This document shows, piece by piece, positions 1-12,590 of a stretch of 64,000 nucleotides of DNA. The DNA comes from Blastocladiella emersonii ATCC 22665 (lineage: Eukaryota; Fungi; Blastocladiomycota): positions 1 to 64,000 of the forward strand of contig JANHCV010000010.1 in the NCBI GenBank assembly GCA_025594325.1, read 5' to 3'. Numbering within the stretch: the first letter of the stretch is position 1; the number at the start of each line of letters is the position of its first letter. The notes under the pieces are model-generated. The model was given only the letters and a program-made list of their open reading frames with translations, was not told where the DNA came from and ran no database searches. Both the position numbers and the translations under genes were made by a program.

Positions 1-889
1 AACCTAAACCTACCTAAACCTAAACCTAAACCTAAACCTAAACCTAAACCTAAACCTAAACCAAACCTAACCTAAACCTAACCTAACCAAACCTAAACCT
101 AAACCTAAACCTAAAACCTAAACCTAAACCTAAACCTAAACCAAACCTAAACCTAAACCAAACCTAAACCTAAACCAAACCTAAACCAAACCTAAACCTA
201 AACCTAAACCTAAACCTAAACCAAACCTAAACCTAAACCTAAACCTAAACCTAAACCTAAACCTAAACCTAAACCTAAACCTAAACCTAAACCTAAACCT
301 AAACCTAAACCTAAACCTAAACCTAAACCTAAACCTAAACCTAAACCTAAACCTAAACCTAAACCTAAACCTAAACCTAAACCTAAACCTAAACCTAAAC
401 CTAAACCTAAACCTAAACCTAAACCTAAACCTAAACCTAAACCTAAACCTAAACCTAAACCTAAACCTAAACCTAAACCTAAACCTAAACCTAAACCTAA
501 ACCTAAACCTAAACCTAAACCTAAACCTAAACCTAAACCTAAACCTAACCTAAACCTAAACCTAAACCTAACCTAAACCTAACCTAAACCTAAACCTAAA
601 CCTAACCTAAACCTAAACCTAAACCTAACCTAACCTAACCTAAACCTAAACCTAAACCTAACCTAAACCTAAACCTAAACCTAAACCTAAACCTAACCAA
701 ACCTAACCAAACCTAAACCTAAACCTAACCTAACCTAAACCTAACCTAAACCTAAACCTAACCTAAACCTAAACCAAAACCAACCTAAACCTAACCTAAA
801 CAAACCTAAACCTAAACCTAAAACCTAAACCTAAACCTAAACCTAAACCTAAACCTAAACCTAAACCTAACCTAAACCTAAACCTAAAC
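1..889 (-). repeat. Telomeric array (CCTAAA)n, G-strand (TTTAGG)n
   Basis: Continuous aaacct repeats from base 1 to 889. The tract is near-perfect in the middle (~225-545), with CCTAA and CCAAA variants on both sides. C-rich strand on + at the window start, as expected for a left chromosome end. Confidence 0.95.
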
Positions 890-1735
890 GACGGGTGCGC
901 GCGGGAAGATGCACCGCGCGGTCGGTGTGATGGGCACGTGCACCACGGCGAGCGCGAGCGGGACCTAGGGCGACAAGAACGTGGTCCCTGTACACGCAAC
1001 AATGGACCGCGCCCGTGGGCGGCGGGACGAGCGCGCAGGCGAACGGGACAAGCGAGCGAGCGAGCGGGTGAGGCGAGTTCACGGCCGCGATTGCAAGGGA
1101 CGGCGACGGGACGGGTACTGGTTGATCGTGTGCGTGGCGAGCGCGCTTTGTTGCGGCGCAGCGGGCGCGCAACTGCGGCCTGCGTGAGCCCCGTCGCGCA
1201 GCGCTGTGCGCGCCGCGGGCTCGTACGCCTGGTCGATATCAAGCGAGGGCCGCCCGATCATGGTTGCGTAGACACAGCGGGGAGCGGCAAGAACAAGCAA
1301 CCCGCAGTCTTGGCAGCGAACGCCGCCACCTTGTCTCACGGACGGTTGGTGGATTGCGACATGTCCCGCACGTGATACTGCCCGCATCCCGCGGTGCGCC
1401 GTGTACACGCGGCGACGCAAGGCTCCGCCCCGACGCGCAGGGCCAGCGCCGTGGTCTCATTGGAAGGGCGGACAAGTCGCAGCAAGAGAGGTCATGTATC
1501 ATTTGCGACAAGTTGCATAGAGTGTGGTAGAGTTCCAAGCCAGTAAGAGGGAGGGGACGAGGGAGTGGAGAGGGAGAGGGAACCAGGAGCGGCGCGGCCT
1601 CGCGTGGCTGCGGATTGAAGTGGCAGGAGCCCCTTCGGCTGTTGTTGTGCGACCCGCTCCCGCCGCCGCCTCTCTCTGCACCTACTCCAAACTTGTGTGC
1701 TCCCTACTCGCCCTCACTTCTCGCAACTTGCCGCA

Positions 1736-2520
1736 ATGCTATCAACCCAACATCGCCAACCTGCACTTCGCCAGCACCGTCCTCGCCGCTGCCGCAAGTG
1801 AGCCGGCTGCACCTGGCCTGGACACCCCCTCCACCCTCGCTTCTCCTTCCCCGAGTCTGCGCCATCACCGCTGGACCGCCACGCCAAGGAGGCCGCCTTC
1901 ACCGCGCTCGCTGCCGTGCTCGCCGACCCGCGCTTCACCCGCGCCGTCGTCGCCGCGTGCCGCCCGCTCGTCCTCGACCTCGTCGAACTCATCGTGCACG
2001 CCGCTCCGCAGAACGAGTCGCCCTCCCGCAGCCCCGCTGTCGATTCCCCGGCAAGCGCCGCTGGACCGCTTCGCTCAGCGGTGCATCTGAGGATGCCGAC
2101 GGTACGCTCGCTGCGCGCGCAATCCGCCACATAACTCGTTCCTGACGTTCGAATTCGGCCCCCTCTCTCTCTAGCCGTGGACGTGGATGCCGCGCCGCCG
2201 ACGGACCGCTTCGCCCTGCACCTCCTCGGCGGCGATTCCCCCGGCGCCGTTGCCCTGTCGCCCGCCGCGCACGCCACTTCAAGGCCGTCCTCCTCGCTAC
2301 GCACCGACTGCTCGCGCACGTCCCCGCGGTCCGCGGCATGCACCCGCTGCACGCGCTCGTCAACTCGCCCGCCCCCATCCTGCGCGCGCGCTGGTTCGTG
2401 GCGCACCTCCTCACCAAGTATTTCGCGGTCGCAGACGCCGAGCTTGCGGTGATTGTCTGTGGCGCGCCCGAAGGCGACGCCTTTTTCGCGTTCGAGGAGC
2501 TCGCCGCCGCTCGTGCCCCA
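1736..2520 (+). pseudogene. MDN1: Frameshifted N-terminal fragment of a midasin (MDN1/REA1)-like gene, intron retained
   Basis: Stitched frames give ...AFTALAAVLADPRFTRAVVAACRPLVLDLVE... and ...LLATHRLL...LRARWFVAHLL..., which recall the midasin N-terminal segments (human LAQLLLD...RPLLLDLLE and VRWYTANCL, from memory). GT-AG intron at 2102-2174 with a CTGAC branch site. Several frameshifts. Confidence 0.55.
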
Positions 2521-3056
2521 CGCGATGCGCATCGCTCCCGCCACCAACCGCCTGGTCGAGCGCCCCCACTTTGCGCAATGGCGCCCGCTCCTCGTCGCGT
2601 CGGTGAACTGAAGCGCGCAGAGCCCTGCACTCGCGCCGCTCCGCGTCAGCGGCGACAACCTCGCGGTGCTCCTCGACCGCATGGCCGCGGCCGATTTCGC
2701 CCGCGACAACCACATGCGTCATCATCGCGGCCCGCCGCCGCCTCGAGGAGCGCACCGACTCGCGCGACGACCAGTTCGAGCACAAGCTGCGCTGCTTCAT
2801 CGACTTCGCGACGCGGACCAGGCGCGCGCAGGCGACCGGCGACCGCGTCCAGTGCCCCGCCCCGCCCGACGGCGACGCTGGGGACGGCCCGATCATCACG
2901 CGCGAGCCCGACGAGGTCGAGCGCGTCGTCGCCGAGCAGGTCCAGGGCTGGTTCTGCCGTTACGAGGACGGCGACGGCGGCGGCGACCCCGACGCGCAGC
3001 CGCTGCCCGGCCGGTGGCAGGACGCGTTCGCGCCGCTCCAGCGCATCAACGACAAC

Positions 3057-4679
3057 GTGTGGAACGGGCTCATGGCCGCGCCGACGCACAAGGAGCTCGC
3101 TGACGTGCTCGCCGCGTCGGGCAAGGACAAGGCGCCCGGCGGAACCGGGCTCACGGTCCGGCTCCTCGAGCAGGCCGGCGAGAAGACGCACACGGCGCTG
3201 CTCGCCCTGCTCGCGGCGTGCCTGCGCACGCGGTCCGCGCCCGCGTCGTGGAAGACGGGCCTCATCTACCTGATCCCCAAGACGAGCGCCGGGTTCACGG
3301 GCAACGCGACCAACTCGCGCCCCATCACGCTGCTCGAGACCGCGTCCAAGGTGCTCATGAAGATCCTGCTCGAGCGCATGCACCCGGTCCTGCGCGAGCA
3401 CGACGTCCTGCAGGGCGCGCGGTACTCGGCGATCCCGGGCACCGACACGACGACGCCGATCGCGATCCTGCACGCCGCCGCGCTCAAGGCGCGCATCGAG
3501 GACGGTCCGCTGTGGGCCTACTTCGAGGACAAGTCCAAGGCGTTCGACTCGGTGCCGCACGCCCTGCTCAAGCGCGCCATGCGGCGCATCCGGCTGCCGC
3601 CCGAGTTTGTCGACTTCTACTTTGACGGCATGCTGCACGGGCGCACGGCGCGCGTGCCTACGGCGTACGGCGCGCGTGCTCACGGCGTACGGCCTGTCGG
3701 ACGAGGTCCGCATCGAGCGCGGGTTCCCGCAGGGCGCCGTCGAGTCGCCACTGCCGTGGGACCTCTTCTACGACGTGTGCCTGTGCGATGTCAACCGGCT
3801 CACGGTCGAGACGGGCGACGCCGACCACGACGAGGACGCGCGCGGGTTCGGCATCACGCTCGAGGTTGGGTCGGGGCTGCGCCACGTTGGGCCCAACCGC
3901 GGGTTTGCGGCGCCGCCGTTCACGTTTCGCGCGTCGCACCGCCAGCTCGACACGCTCCGCGTCGCCGCCGTCGCCTACATGGACGACGCCGTTTTCTATG
4001 CATCGGACCGCGACCACCTGCAACGCATCGTCGATATCGTGGACGACTTCAACGAGCTCACGCGCATCAACGCGAACCCGGCCAAGGGTGCGGTCCTCCG
4101 CATGCTCTCCAAGTCGGCCGACAGCGCGCTCACGGGCGGGCCCAACGACCCGCGGAACGCGCCATCGTCGTGCGCGGCGTCCCCGTCCCCTGGGTCGGCA
4201 AGTCGTCCCGCTACCTGGGCGTGTTCATTGACCACGCCATGCTCGGCCGCGAAGCAGCCAATACGTGCCTCGCCCTGCTCAAGGACCGCCGCATCACGGG
4301 CAAGGCCGCCGTGTACCTGCTCAACGCCGTCTTCTTCACCGCCGCGGCGTACCCCTCGCTGTTCCGCGTGCCGTCGCTCGCGCAGCTCGACCGCATCGGC
4401 CAGTCGGCGCGCGCGCTCGTGCGCCGCAAGTACAAGCTGCCCAACACGTTCCCCACGGCCATGCTGCACGACCGCGACATCATCAGCCTGCACTCGCTCG
4501 CCGACCTGATCACGCAGCAGCACGTCACCGACCTGTGCGACCTGCTCAACGACCCGCGCCCGCACGGCGTGCCTGTGCGCTACGAGCTCGGCATCCTCCA
4601 GTTCCAGACGCAGTGCGCGTTCTCGCCGCTCGAGTGGCCCGACCTCGCGCTCGTGCCCATGTCCAACCAGCTGCCGTGA
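3057..4679 (+). pseudogene. Reverse transcriptase domain of the LINE (split across two frames)
   Basis: ORF 3057..4679 carries the N-terminal RT motifs and the YLGV/thumb region. ORF 3607..4509 carries PQG and YMDD. The first frame switch coincides with a 22-bp tandem duplication at 3649-3692. Confidence 0.9.
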
Positions 4680-5284
4680 GTGTGGTTCGACAACTAGCTG
4701 CTGCTCATGCGGCGGCGCAAGATGTCGATCGTGGACCGCCGCCGCGACTACAACCTCATCGTCGCCGGCAACTGCACGCCCACGGTCCTCGTCGCGCCCG
4801 ACATGACGGTGCGCGGCAAGACGAGCCAGGACCGCGTCTGGACCAAGAACTTGATCCGGTGGCTGCCCCTGTACACGCTCGAGACGCTGCTCGAGTACCC
4901 GCCCGACAACGACGACGGCCTCATCGGGCGCAAGTACACGCTGCCAATGCTCCGCCGCATGGAAACCAAGGACGTTCAGCAGCTCGTCAAGGAGTTCCGC
5001 GTGTCGCTCACGGACAACGGCAACGCGCGCATGAACGCCGACGACCGCAGCGTCGCCCGGATCCTGCTCGACGTGGCGAACCGCAACCACGCCCAGATCA
5101 CGGCCATCAGCCACGGCCAGGAAATGCACCCGCCCGCGCTGCCCATGGACGACGATCCGCCCGCGCCCGCCGGCGCGCCGGCGCTCGTCTTCCGCCACAT
5201 CCGCCCCCGCCCCGCCGCCGCGCTCGTCGATCCTGTCCGCGCCGTCGGCTCTGAGATCCTCCCACCCCGGGCAACATCGTCGCC

Positions 5285-6613
5285 GCGTACGCGGACGGCT
5301 GGTACGACGCGGACCGCCCGGGCCCCGAGGGCGTCGCGCGCGCGGGCTCTGCCGCCGTGTTCCCGCTGCCCGACGGCTACGACACGGCCAAGCGCTTCGC
5401 CGCCGAGTGCCGCGCGGTCGCCAACGGCGTCATGGACGACGACATGGGCCACGTCGCCGCCGCCAACCTCCCGCCCGGCCCGTTCTCGTCGACGCGCGCT
5501 GAGATCCACGCGTTCGTCCTCGCCGTGTCGCAGGTCGCCGCCGGGACCGCGCTGCACATCTTCTCGGACTCGCAGGCCGCCATTGAGGCCGCGCGCACGC
5601 AGCTCTCGCCAACGGCAACGGTGCGCCAGCGCGTCCGGTGCGCGTCGAGCGACCTGTGGTCCGCGCTCCGCCTCGTGCTGCGCGACCGCAACGTCACGGT
5701 CACCTTCTCGTGGGCCCGCGGCCACGCCGACGACCCGACCACGCCCAACAACGTCGCCGGCCGCGCCGCCAAGGCCGCGGCGAACCAGCCTTCCGCCACC
5801 GACGCGTACCTTTCGAAACGCACGCTCACCGAGTCGGACCTCCACCACGTCCCCGCCTTTTTCGACCACGAGAGTGGCGGCGACCCGCGCAAGTCCATGC
5901 GCAACCTCGCGCAGGCCGAGTGCCGCGACGCGGTGCTCGCCGAGAACGTGGCGCACCTCGCGCTCGCGCAGCCGCCGCCGCCCGAGCCCGTACCCGCCAA
6001 CGCCGCTGCAGCCGCCGCTGTAGCAGCTGCGAACGCCGCCGCCACCCAGGCCGAGGAGCTCGACTGGGAGGCGACCGCGCTCGCGCCCCACGGCGGGTCG
6101 CGCCCACTCGTGCGCCGCACCTCGCGCGACCAGAACAAGGAGACGTCGTTCCGCCTGCGCGCGCTCGCCAACAAGCTGCCGTGCCGCGAGTCGCTGCACT
6201 TGGTCGGCCGCATCGCTGTGCCCACCTGCGGCAGGGCCGAGTGCGCCGCCGAGCCGAACCCCAAGGCCCGCTGCATCCAGTGCTGTGACGCCGACTTCAA
6301 GGCATCTCGGTGCTCGTGCGGCCTGCAGGATACGCCGTTCCACTGGTTCCAGTGCAAGCTCGTGGACGAGCAGCGCGTCGAGACGCTCAACCAGATCTCC
6401 GAGTCGTGGCTCAGCCAGCTCACGTCTGTCGGCGCGGCCAAGCACAACGCCGCTCTAAACCCCGCCGCCGGCACGCTGATCGACGCGCTGCTCGGCCCTG
6501 ACCTGCTGCACGTCATGCACCTCGACGTCAACACGCTGCGCGCCGACCGCGACGCAGCGCTCGCGACCCGCGTCGCGGCGATCCCTGCCTGGGCGTCGCG
6601 CGCCGCGACGTAA
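5285..6613 (+). pseudogene. RNase H and zinc-knuckle-like C-terminal region of the LINE ORF
   Basis: The frame of ORF 5357..6613 extends upstream to AYADGW (Y codon at 5288). Acidic RNase H residues in YADG, RAE and SDS. Cys/His cluster in ...CIQC...CSC...HWFQC. Confidence 0.85.
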
Positions 6614-6659
6614 AGGAGGCTGGCCTGCCGATCCCGGGCGAGGACGCGCTGCCGCCGCT

Positions 6660-8480
6660 TCTCGACCTGCCCGACGCCGCCGCAATCCGCCTGTTCTCCC
6701 GCGCCATCACGCGTGGCGCGGTGCACGCGCGCCGCGAGTTCCTGGGCAGCCTGGCCGCCGCCGCTGCCGCGATCGCGCTCCACCCGCTCCCGTCCCCGCA
6801 CCACCTCGAGGTCAAGGGTATTCGCGGCCCCGCCCTGCGGAAGCCCATGCTCACCTGGTTCGCCCGCGGCCACGCGGCCCGCGAGTTCATTACAGCCGCC
6901 GTCGCGCCTGCCTGCATGCTCCACCACGGGCTCGACGCCGACGACGCCGACGACGCCGTCATGAGCGGGTTCGCCGCCGTCCCCGCCGAGCTCGTCAACG
7001 AAGGTCAAGTCGTCCCGCACCCGCCGCTGCTCCTGCACCACTCGTCGTGCCACTGTACCCGCTCCTCGGCGCGCTCGAGGCCGGCATGGCCGCCGCGATG
7101 CTCGATTCCGCGGTTTTGGGGGACGCCCACGCCGCGCCCCCCGTCCTCCTGTGGGCGTGGTCCATGTGGTCGCAGTGCCTCGTGCAGCACGAGCTCAACC
7201 TGCAGCTCGACCTCACCGCGCTCTAGCGTGACCTCGTCGCCGCCTGCATGCACCTGCTGCGCAACGTCCCCGCGACGTGCCCGCGACGCGGATCGCGAGC
7301 GCGACCGAGATTGTCTCGACCGCGACGTCGAACCTTGAGCAGCTCGGGCTCGCCTGGATCCACCTCGGGCTCGCGTTCATGGAGCTACCACTACATGCGG
7401 CAGCTGCAGGGGAGCCTCGAGCTCGAGCTGCAGGTGCGCCTCGCGCTGCAGATCCGCGACAACGACATGTCCACCAACCCGACCATCGAGTGGCTCCGCG
7501 CGCGCCTCGCAGCGGTCCCGAGCCGCTGCTGCCCATCATCACCCAGAAGAGCGACGCGCTGTCCCACAACCAGAACACGCCCGACCTCCCCGCGCCCACC
7601 ACGTCCGCGTTCGGCCACGCGCTCCACCACTACCCGGAGCCGTGCGCCACGCAGCTCGCCGCCGCGCCCGCGTACCGCGACGCCCGATCCTGTCCTTTTC
7701 GGTGCAGCTCGCGCGCATCGCCGAGGTCCCGCTCCCGCTCGCCGAGCTCATGGCGGAGCTCACCATGCACGAGGCGTCGACTCTGCTGCAGGTGCGCAGG
7801 AAGGCGTTGGCTGACCCAAGCACTTCCGCGATATGGGCCTGTCGTGGCGCCACGCACACAACCCCGTGTCCGAGGACGTGGTCGTGCTGTCGCCCATCGC
7901 CGACACCCCGCGCGTCGCCTTCAAGCCGCTCGTCGACGCGGTGACCGTCTACCACCTCCGCCTCGTCGCGCTCATGACGACGACGGCCAAGGTGCTCAGG
8001 AATCGCTCGCACGTCATCCATCACAACCAGGCCGAGTGCGCCGTCAGGTACGCCGCCGACCTGTACAAGTTTGTCGTCGTGGAACGCCGCGCTCTCGCGC
8101 CGGTCGTCGCCCTCGTCGCGGACCTCGACGCGCTCACGGCCATCGACGCCCCGTCAGGCCACTGGACCGCAGACCCCGCCATCGTCCGCGAGCTCCTCGC
8201 ACTCAGCTCCATCGTGCTCGTCACCAAGCGCGTTCTCGCGCTCGACCTGCGCGCTCCGCGCGCCGCGCCCGCCGTAAACAGCGCTCCGCGACGCCGGCAC
8301 CGACTTCCTCGGCCGCTTCCGCGCCGCGTACCCGAGCGATACGGAAGCGGTGTCTGTCCTTAACGCGGCCCTCCCGCGCGAGCGGTTCGCGGCCAAGGCC
8401 GCCGCCCGCGCCGAACTCGAGTCGCACGCGCGCACAGCGGCCCCGTTTCTACTTTATGTCGACCGTCCTCGCTTTCTGAT
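6660..8480 (+). pseudogene. Fragmented coding-like sequence, at least partly resembling the midasin helical linker
   Basis: GC3-biased short frames include LGLAWIHLGLAFMEL and YMRQLQGSLELELQVR...NPTIEWLRARLAAV, which recall the midasin linker (GRLWVSLGLL...HPHVRLLRQRM, from memory). In-frame stop at 7224 and many frameshifts. Confidence 0.4.
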
Positions 8481-11400
8481 CAACTTCATTGACTCGAGTT
8501 GAGCGCAAGCCTAACACTCGGGACAGCGGCAGGTCGTGATCGAAGTTTGGCGGCGGTCTCTTCGCTCAGACGCTCGCTCCCCCGAGAATCTGACTAGACC
8601 GTAAGGTTCGCCGGCGTCCTTCGCAACGCGCTCGATGCCACCGACGCAAAACTCGAGTACCAGTGCGCTACCATGCTCGAGCTCTATGACGACGCGTTTC
8701 CCGTCCCCCACGTCGCACTCTTCTGTCCGCCGCAATCGCATGGGGCAAGTTGCCGGTTCTCGCGCCACCCGTTCACGACCACGGGCCACGCGAAACGCCT
8801 GCCCGAGAGCATACATGTCGCCGTTGCCACGATCAAACCGGCCGTGCCCGTTCTCCACCCCACGCAGCTACCGTGGCCTTTTGCTTAGATGATTGCAATC
8901 TTGGGGCAAGTGTGAGCATTCAGCTTCGACAGAGAACCTACTTGAACACGGGCAGGAGGCAGACCGCGCGAATTCGGGTCGCCGTCGGCACGCACGCACG
9001 CGCGAGGTGAGCGTGAGCGTGAGTACGCTGAGCAACGGACGCATCCTAGGGCCTCGCTCGGGCCGCGCGGCAAAAGCGTGAATCAACAACGCGGTACGGC
9101 GGGTGCACGCGCGCGTCAAGGACGGCGACGCGAGGGGCACCGCCGCCGTGGCCGCCGGTTGAGCGAGGCGGCAGCACCCATGCTCTCGCGAAGCAGCAAG
9201 CCGCCCGCCAGCTGGGCTAGGCTACGAAAGCGCGAGGTCATAAAGCAGCAGGTGCGAAAGGCAGCGCGGCAAGGCGCGGCCGACGAGCAGCAGCGGATCC
9301 CGAAGCGCACCCAAGCCGCGGTAGCCGCTCGCGGCGGCGCACCTCGCGCGCACCTCGCGCGCACACCAAACGCTGGCCCCGCTCGTGCGTGCGCGTGCGC
9401 GTGTGGCGACGACTCACCTGGCCCGCCATGAAGTTGCCGAGGCTGTGAGCACGTCCATGTAGGTCGGCTCGAACGGAGGTCGTGCGGCTCGGGAATGCAT
9501 GCCAGCGGGGGACGAGCAGGTGGCCGGCGAGGACGACGAAGCGGTCGCGGTGGTTGGGTGAGGTTCGGCAGTGCAGATCGGCGGCGTGGGGCGACAGGGG
9601 GACCGGAACGAGGCGAGCGAGCGAGGGACGCTGGCTAGCGGGGGCCCGCCGCCAAAGCAAACCTTTGCATGCGACTAACGTAGGGCAGCACGGCAAGCGG
9701 AAGGCGGCGTTCCCGACAAGGACGACGGGGACGGACGAGCTGCATAGCTGACGAAGCAGTCCGACTGACGCTCAGCTCAGTCGTACAGTAGTAGCGGTAC
9801 AGCAGATGCGGCTGGGCACCTCGCGGCGGCGCCGATCCGCGTCAGGGCCTGTCCGGCGTGATGTTGCATCAAGTTATCACGTTGCATCGGCTTTCATGGT
9901 CATGGTGCATGGGGCGGCAGTCGGTGGAGAAGAGAGAAGAAGAAGGCTCTGGCCTCCTCACGTCTCCCCATCCCTCCCGAAGCGCGCCCCGCAACGCGTC
10001 AGTCGCCGTCAGCTGACAAAGACGCGCAGCGCGGCGGCCACGGCGCCATGGCCACCGCGTGGCGTGGCGCGGCCTCGGTCGGTCGGTCAGGCACCCCGCT
10101 CACCTCCATGTCCATGTGCACGTCAACAAGGCAAGGCACGACGTGGCACTGTAACTTGATGGAATCGCATGAACCTCGCCCGCAGCGTGCTCCGCGGGCT
10201 GCTCGCTCCATGGCATCGCTCTCGCGCTTGAGCGCTGCAGCAAGCGACCTCCTTCTGTCGGCGTCAAACAGCAGCACAGCTGGTGGTCCTCTCCTCGTTC
10301 CGTATGCATGTGGCCGAGCGGGTGCTGTCGCATGCGCCGCGCCGCGCCGCGCCGCGCTTGCCCGCCGCCGCCACCACCACCACTCCACGCTCTACGTGCC
10401 AACCAGCGCGTTTGCCCTCGTCCGCGAGCTCGACGGCCTTCGCATGCGCACGTCCGCGCCGTCGCCCCCAATCGTCGCCACTCCTCCCTCCGTGTGTAAC
10501 CCAACGCGCGCGTCGCCCTGCTCTGCCCCACCGCGTCCCGCCCCTGACCTGCTGCCCCCGTCCGTCGCGCCGACCAACGTTTCCGCTCACGGTCGTGCAC
10601 CGCTTCGAGTGTCGTTTGCGCGCCATCGCCCTTGACCACCGCCCGTCCTCGACGCTGCGGACCCTGCTTCGAATCAGCTCGCCCTGCCCTCCCCAACTCG
10701 GCGCACCTCGAGTCGAGTCGAGTCGTCGCTGCCGAGCTGGTGCCGAGCTGCTGCTCCCTCTCGCACACGCCCTCTTCTTCCCCCAAAGTCGGAACGACGG
10801 TCGGAGCTCGAGCGGCGCGCGCGCCATCCGCTGTCGCCGCCCCCGTCGCGGACTACCAGCAGGCCCGTCCGTCGTCTCTCGCTACAGCTACCTCTCGGCT
10901 TGTACTTTATGTGTCCGCGGCTTCTGGCCCTCGTTTCTTCCTCGCGCGGCGCGCCCGCTGCAGCAGCGGCTGGGCGCACCGACGACCTCCGAGATTCTCG
11001 CTCGGCTCGGTGTGGGCCGCCCCCGAACGTCGCCGCCCTGGGCGAGCGAGCGAGCGAGCGCGGCGCAGCTGTGGGATCAACGTCGGCATGTCCGTGGACG
11101 CAGCCGGCCGGCCAGCTGAGCAACGAACGTCTCGGCCGTCACGCTGGCTGGTAAGCGTACGGGGCGGCGAAACGCCATCGAAACGGCCGCGCCGGGCGTG
11201 CGTGCTGCTGTGCCGCGCCCGCAGCCTTACGATGCCTTACGATGCCTTCGCCCGAACCTGACGCTTGGCCGCTCAAACGTTCCCGCGTCGTTGTATTCGC
11301 CGCTCGCGAGCGCGCGCGGGTGCGTGTGCTCGCGAAGCCGCGGTCGGTCGTCCCGGCTCGCGAGCCATGCCGGCGTCGCGGGCGCGATCGACCTCACCCA

Positions 11401-12590
11401 TGCGGTCGACCCGGTGGTCCAAGATGCGTGCGCAGCCTGTTCGTCGTCGTTGTCAAGTCGGGTGTGACCTGTGTACCACGGGCCAAGCGACCGCGCCGCC
11501 AACCGACGACCTCCCACGGCGAGCTGCAGTCGCCCGCAGCCGAGGCCGCCGCGGCGGTGGTTCGGCTTCGGACCCCGCCGTATCCTGCTCGCTGCTCGCT
11601 GCTCGCCGCTCGCTGCTTGCGTCAGAGCGCCAGAGTCCTTGTCGGTGGCGGTGGCGGTGGCCGCCGCGTGGCAGGCAGCAGGGGCGCGGGCGGAGGAGTA
11701 TAAAGGGCGCCTCGTCGCCGCGCGCGGTCCTCGCTCTCTCGCCTGATCATGAACCGCTATATAACCTCCCCACTCCATGAAACGCATCCATGTCTACCAC
11801 ATCAACACGTCGCACATGCCGCGGCGGCACCACGCGCCCATGACCCATGCATGACCTCGTCGCTTGTTGTCGCTGGCGGGGCGCGCCAAACCTCGAGCGA
11901 CTTGCCCTCGCGCGCAAGCATCGCCCCCCTCGCCGACCGCACCCTGCCCTGCACTTTCCCTCCCACGGTGTCAGACTGCAGCGTGAGCGGTGGTGGTGAT
12001 GTCCGCGCTCGCTCGCTCCCTCGCTGCGGCCGTTGTGCTGGAGCGGCTGGCTGCGGTCGGTGGCATGGCCGTCCCGCGCGCACGCGACACTCTGCCCGCT
12101 GCCGCTGCCCCGCGTGTGCCGGCACACGCCAGCTGCACACCCGTCGTAAGCCGCCGCCGCCCCTTGGATCGTTGCCACCCGAAGCAGTGCCAGCAGCAGC
12201 ACGCTTTGGCTCAGTCGCTCGCGAGCCTGGCGGCGGGCGCCGTGGTTGCTTGATCTCTCGCCTTCGGCGTTCCGTGCTCCGTCCAGCCTTCTTCACCACG
12301 TCCTCCGCCACCGTGCTCCTCGACCGCTTGCCACTGCTTTGCCGTCTGGATGAAGCCTCGCTCTCGCTCTCGCGCTCAGGTGCGCGCGTTCAACCCGTCG
12401 CCGTCCACGCTCAACCTTGCTGCGTCCAAACATGCTCCCCGCTACCCGGCGAGAGCGTCGCCGTCCTCGAGCGCCGCTGCGTGCCGCGGCTCATCCCGGC
12501 AGCCGGCCCCGCTTCTACTTTATGCTGCCGTCGTCGCGTCGGGCCAGGTCCCTCTTGGACGCGTGCCACATCGGCAACCCTTTTTCCGCG

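Larger units (their letters stand above)
2530..6660 (+). mobile_element. Degenerate, apparently 5'-truncated non-LTR retrotransposon (LINE): RT + RNase H + Cys-rich C-terminus
   Basis: RT motifs KAPGGTG, IYLIPK, RPITLLE, DKSKAFDSV, GFPQGAVESPLPW, YMDD, YLGV. RNase H motifs YADG, SSTRAE, IFSDSQAAI, WARGH. C-terminal FRLRALANKLP...C..C...H..QC. Broken by frameshifts (~3670, ~4160, ~5250) and stops (4677, 4695). No APE endonuclease recognised. Boundaries approximate. Confidence 0.9.

Noticed and set aside
796-1242. ORF running into the telomere (LGLGLG/FRFRF)
   Set aside because: It is a translation of the telomeric repeat.
2530-6660. RT as telomerase (TERT) or a Penelope-like element
   Set aside because: Motif spacing, the downstream RNase H and the Cys domain are those of a LINE, and no TERT T-motif is seen.
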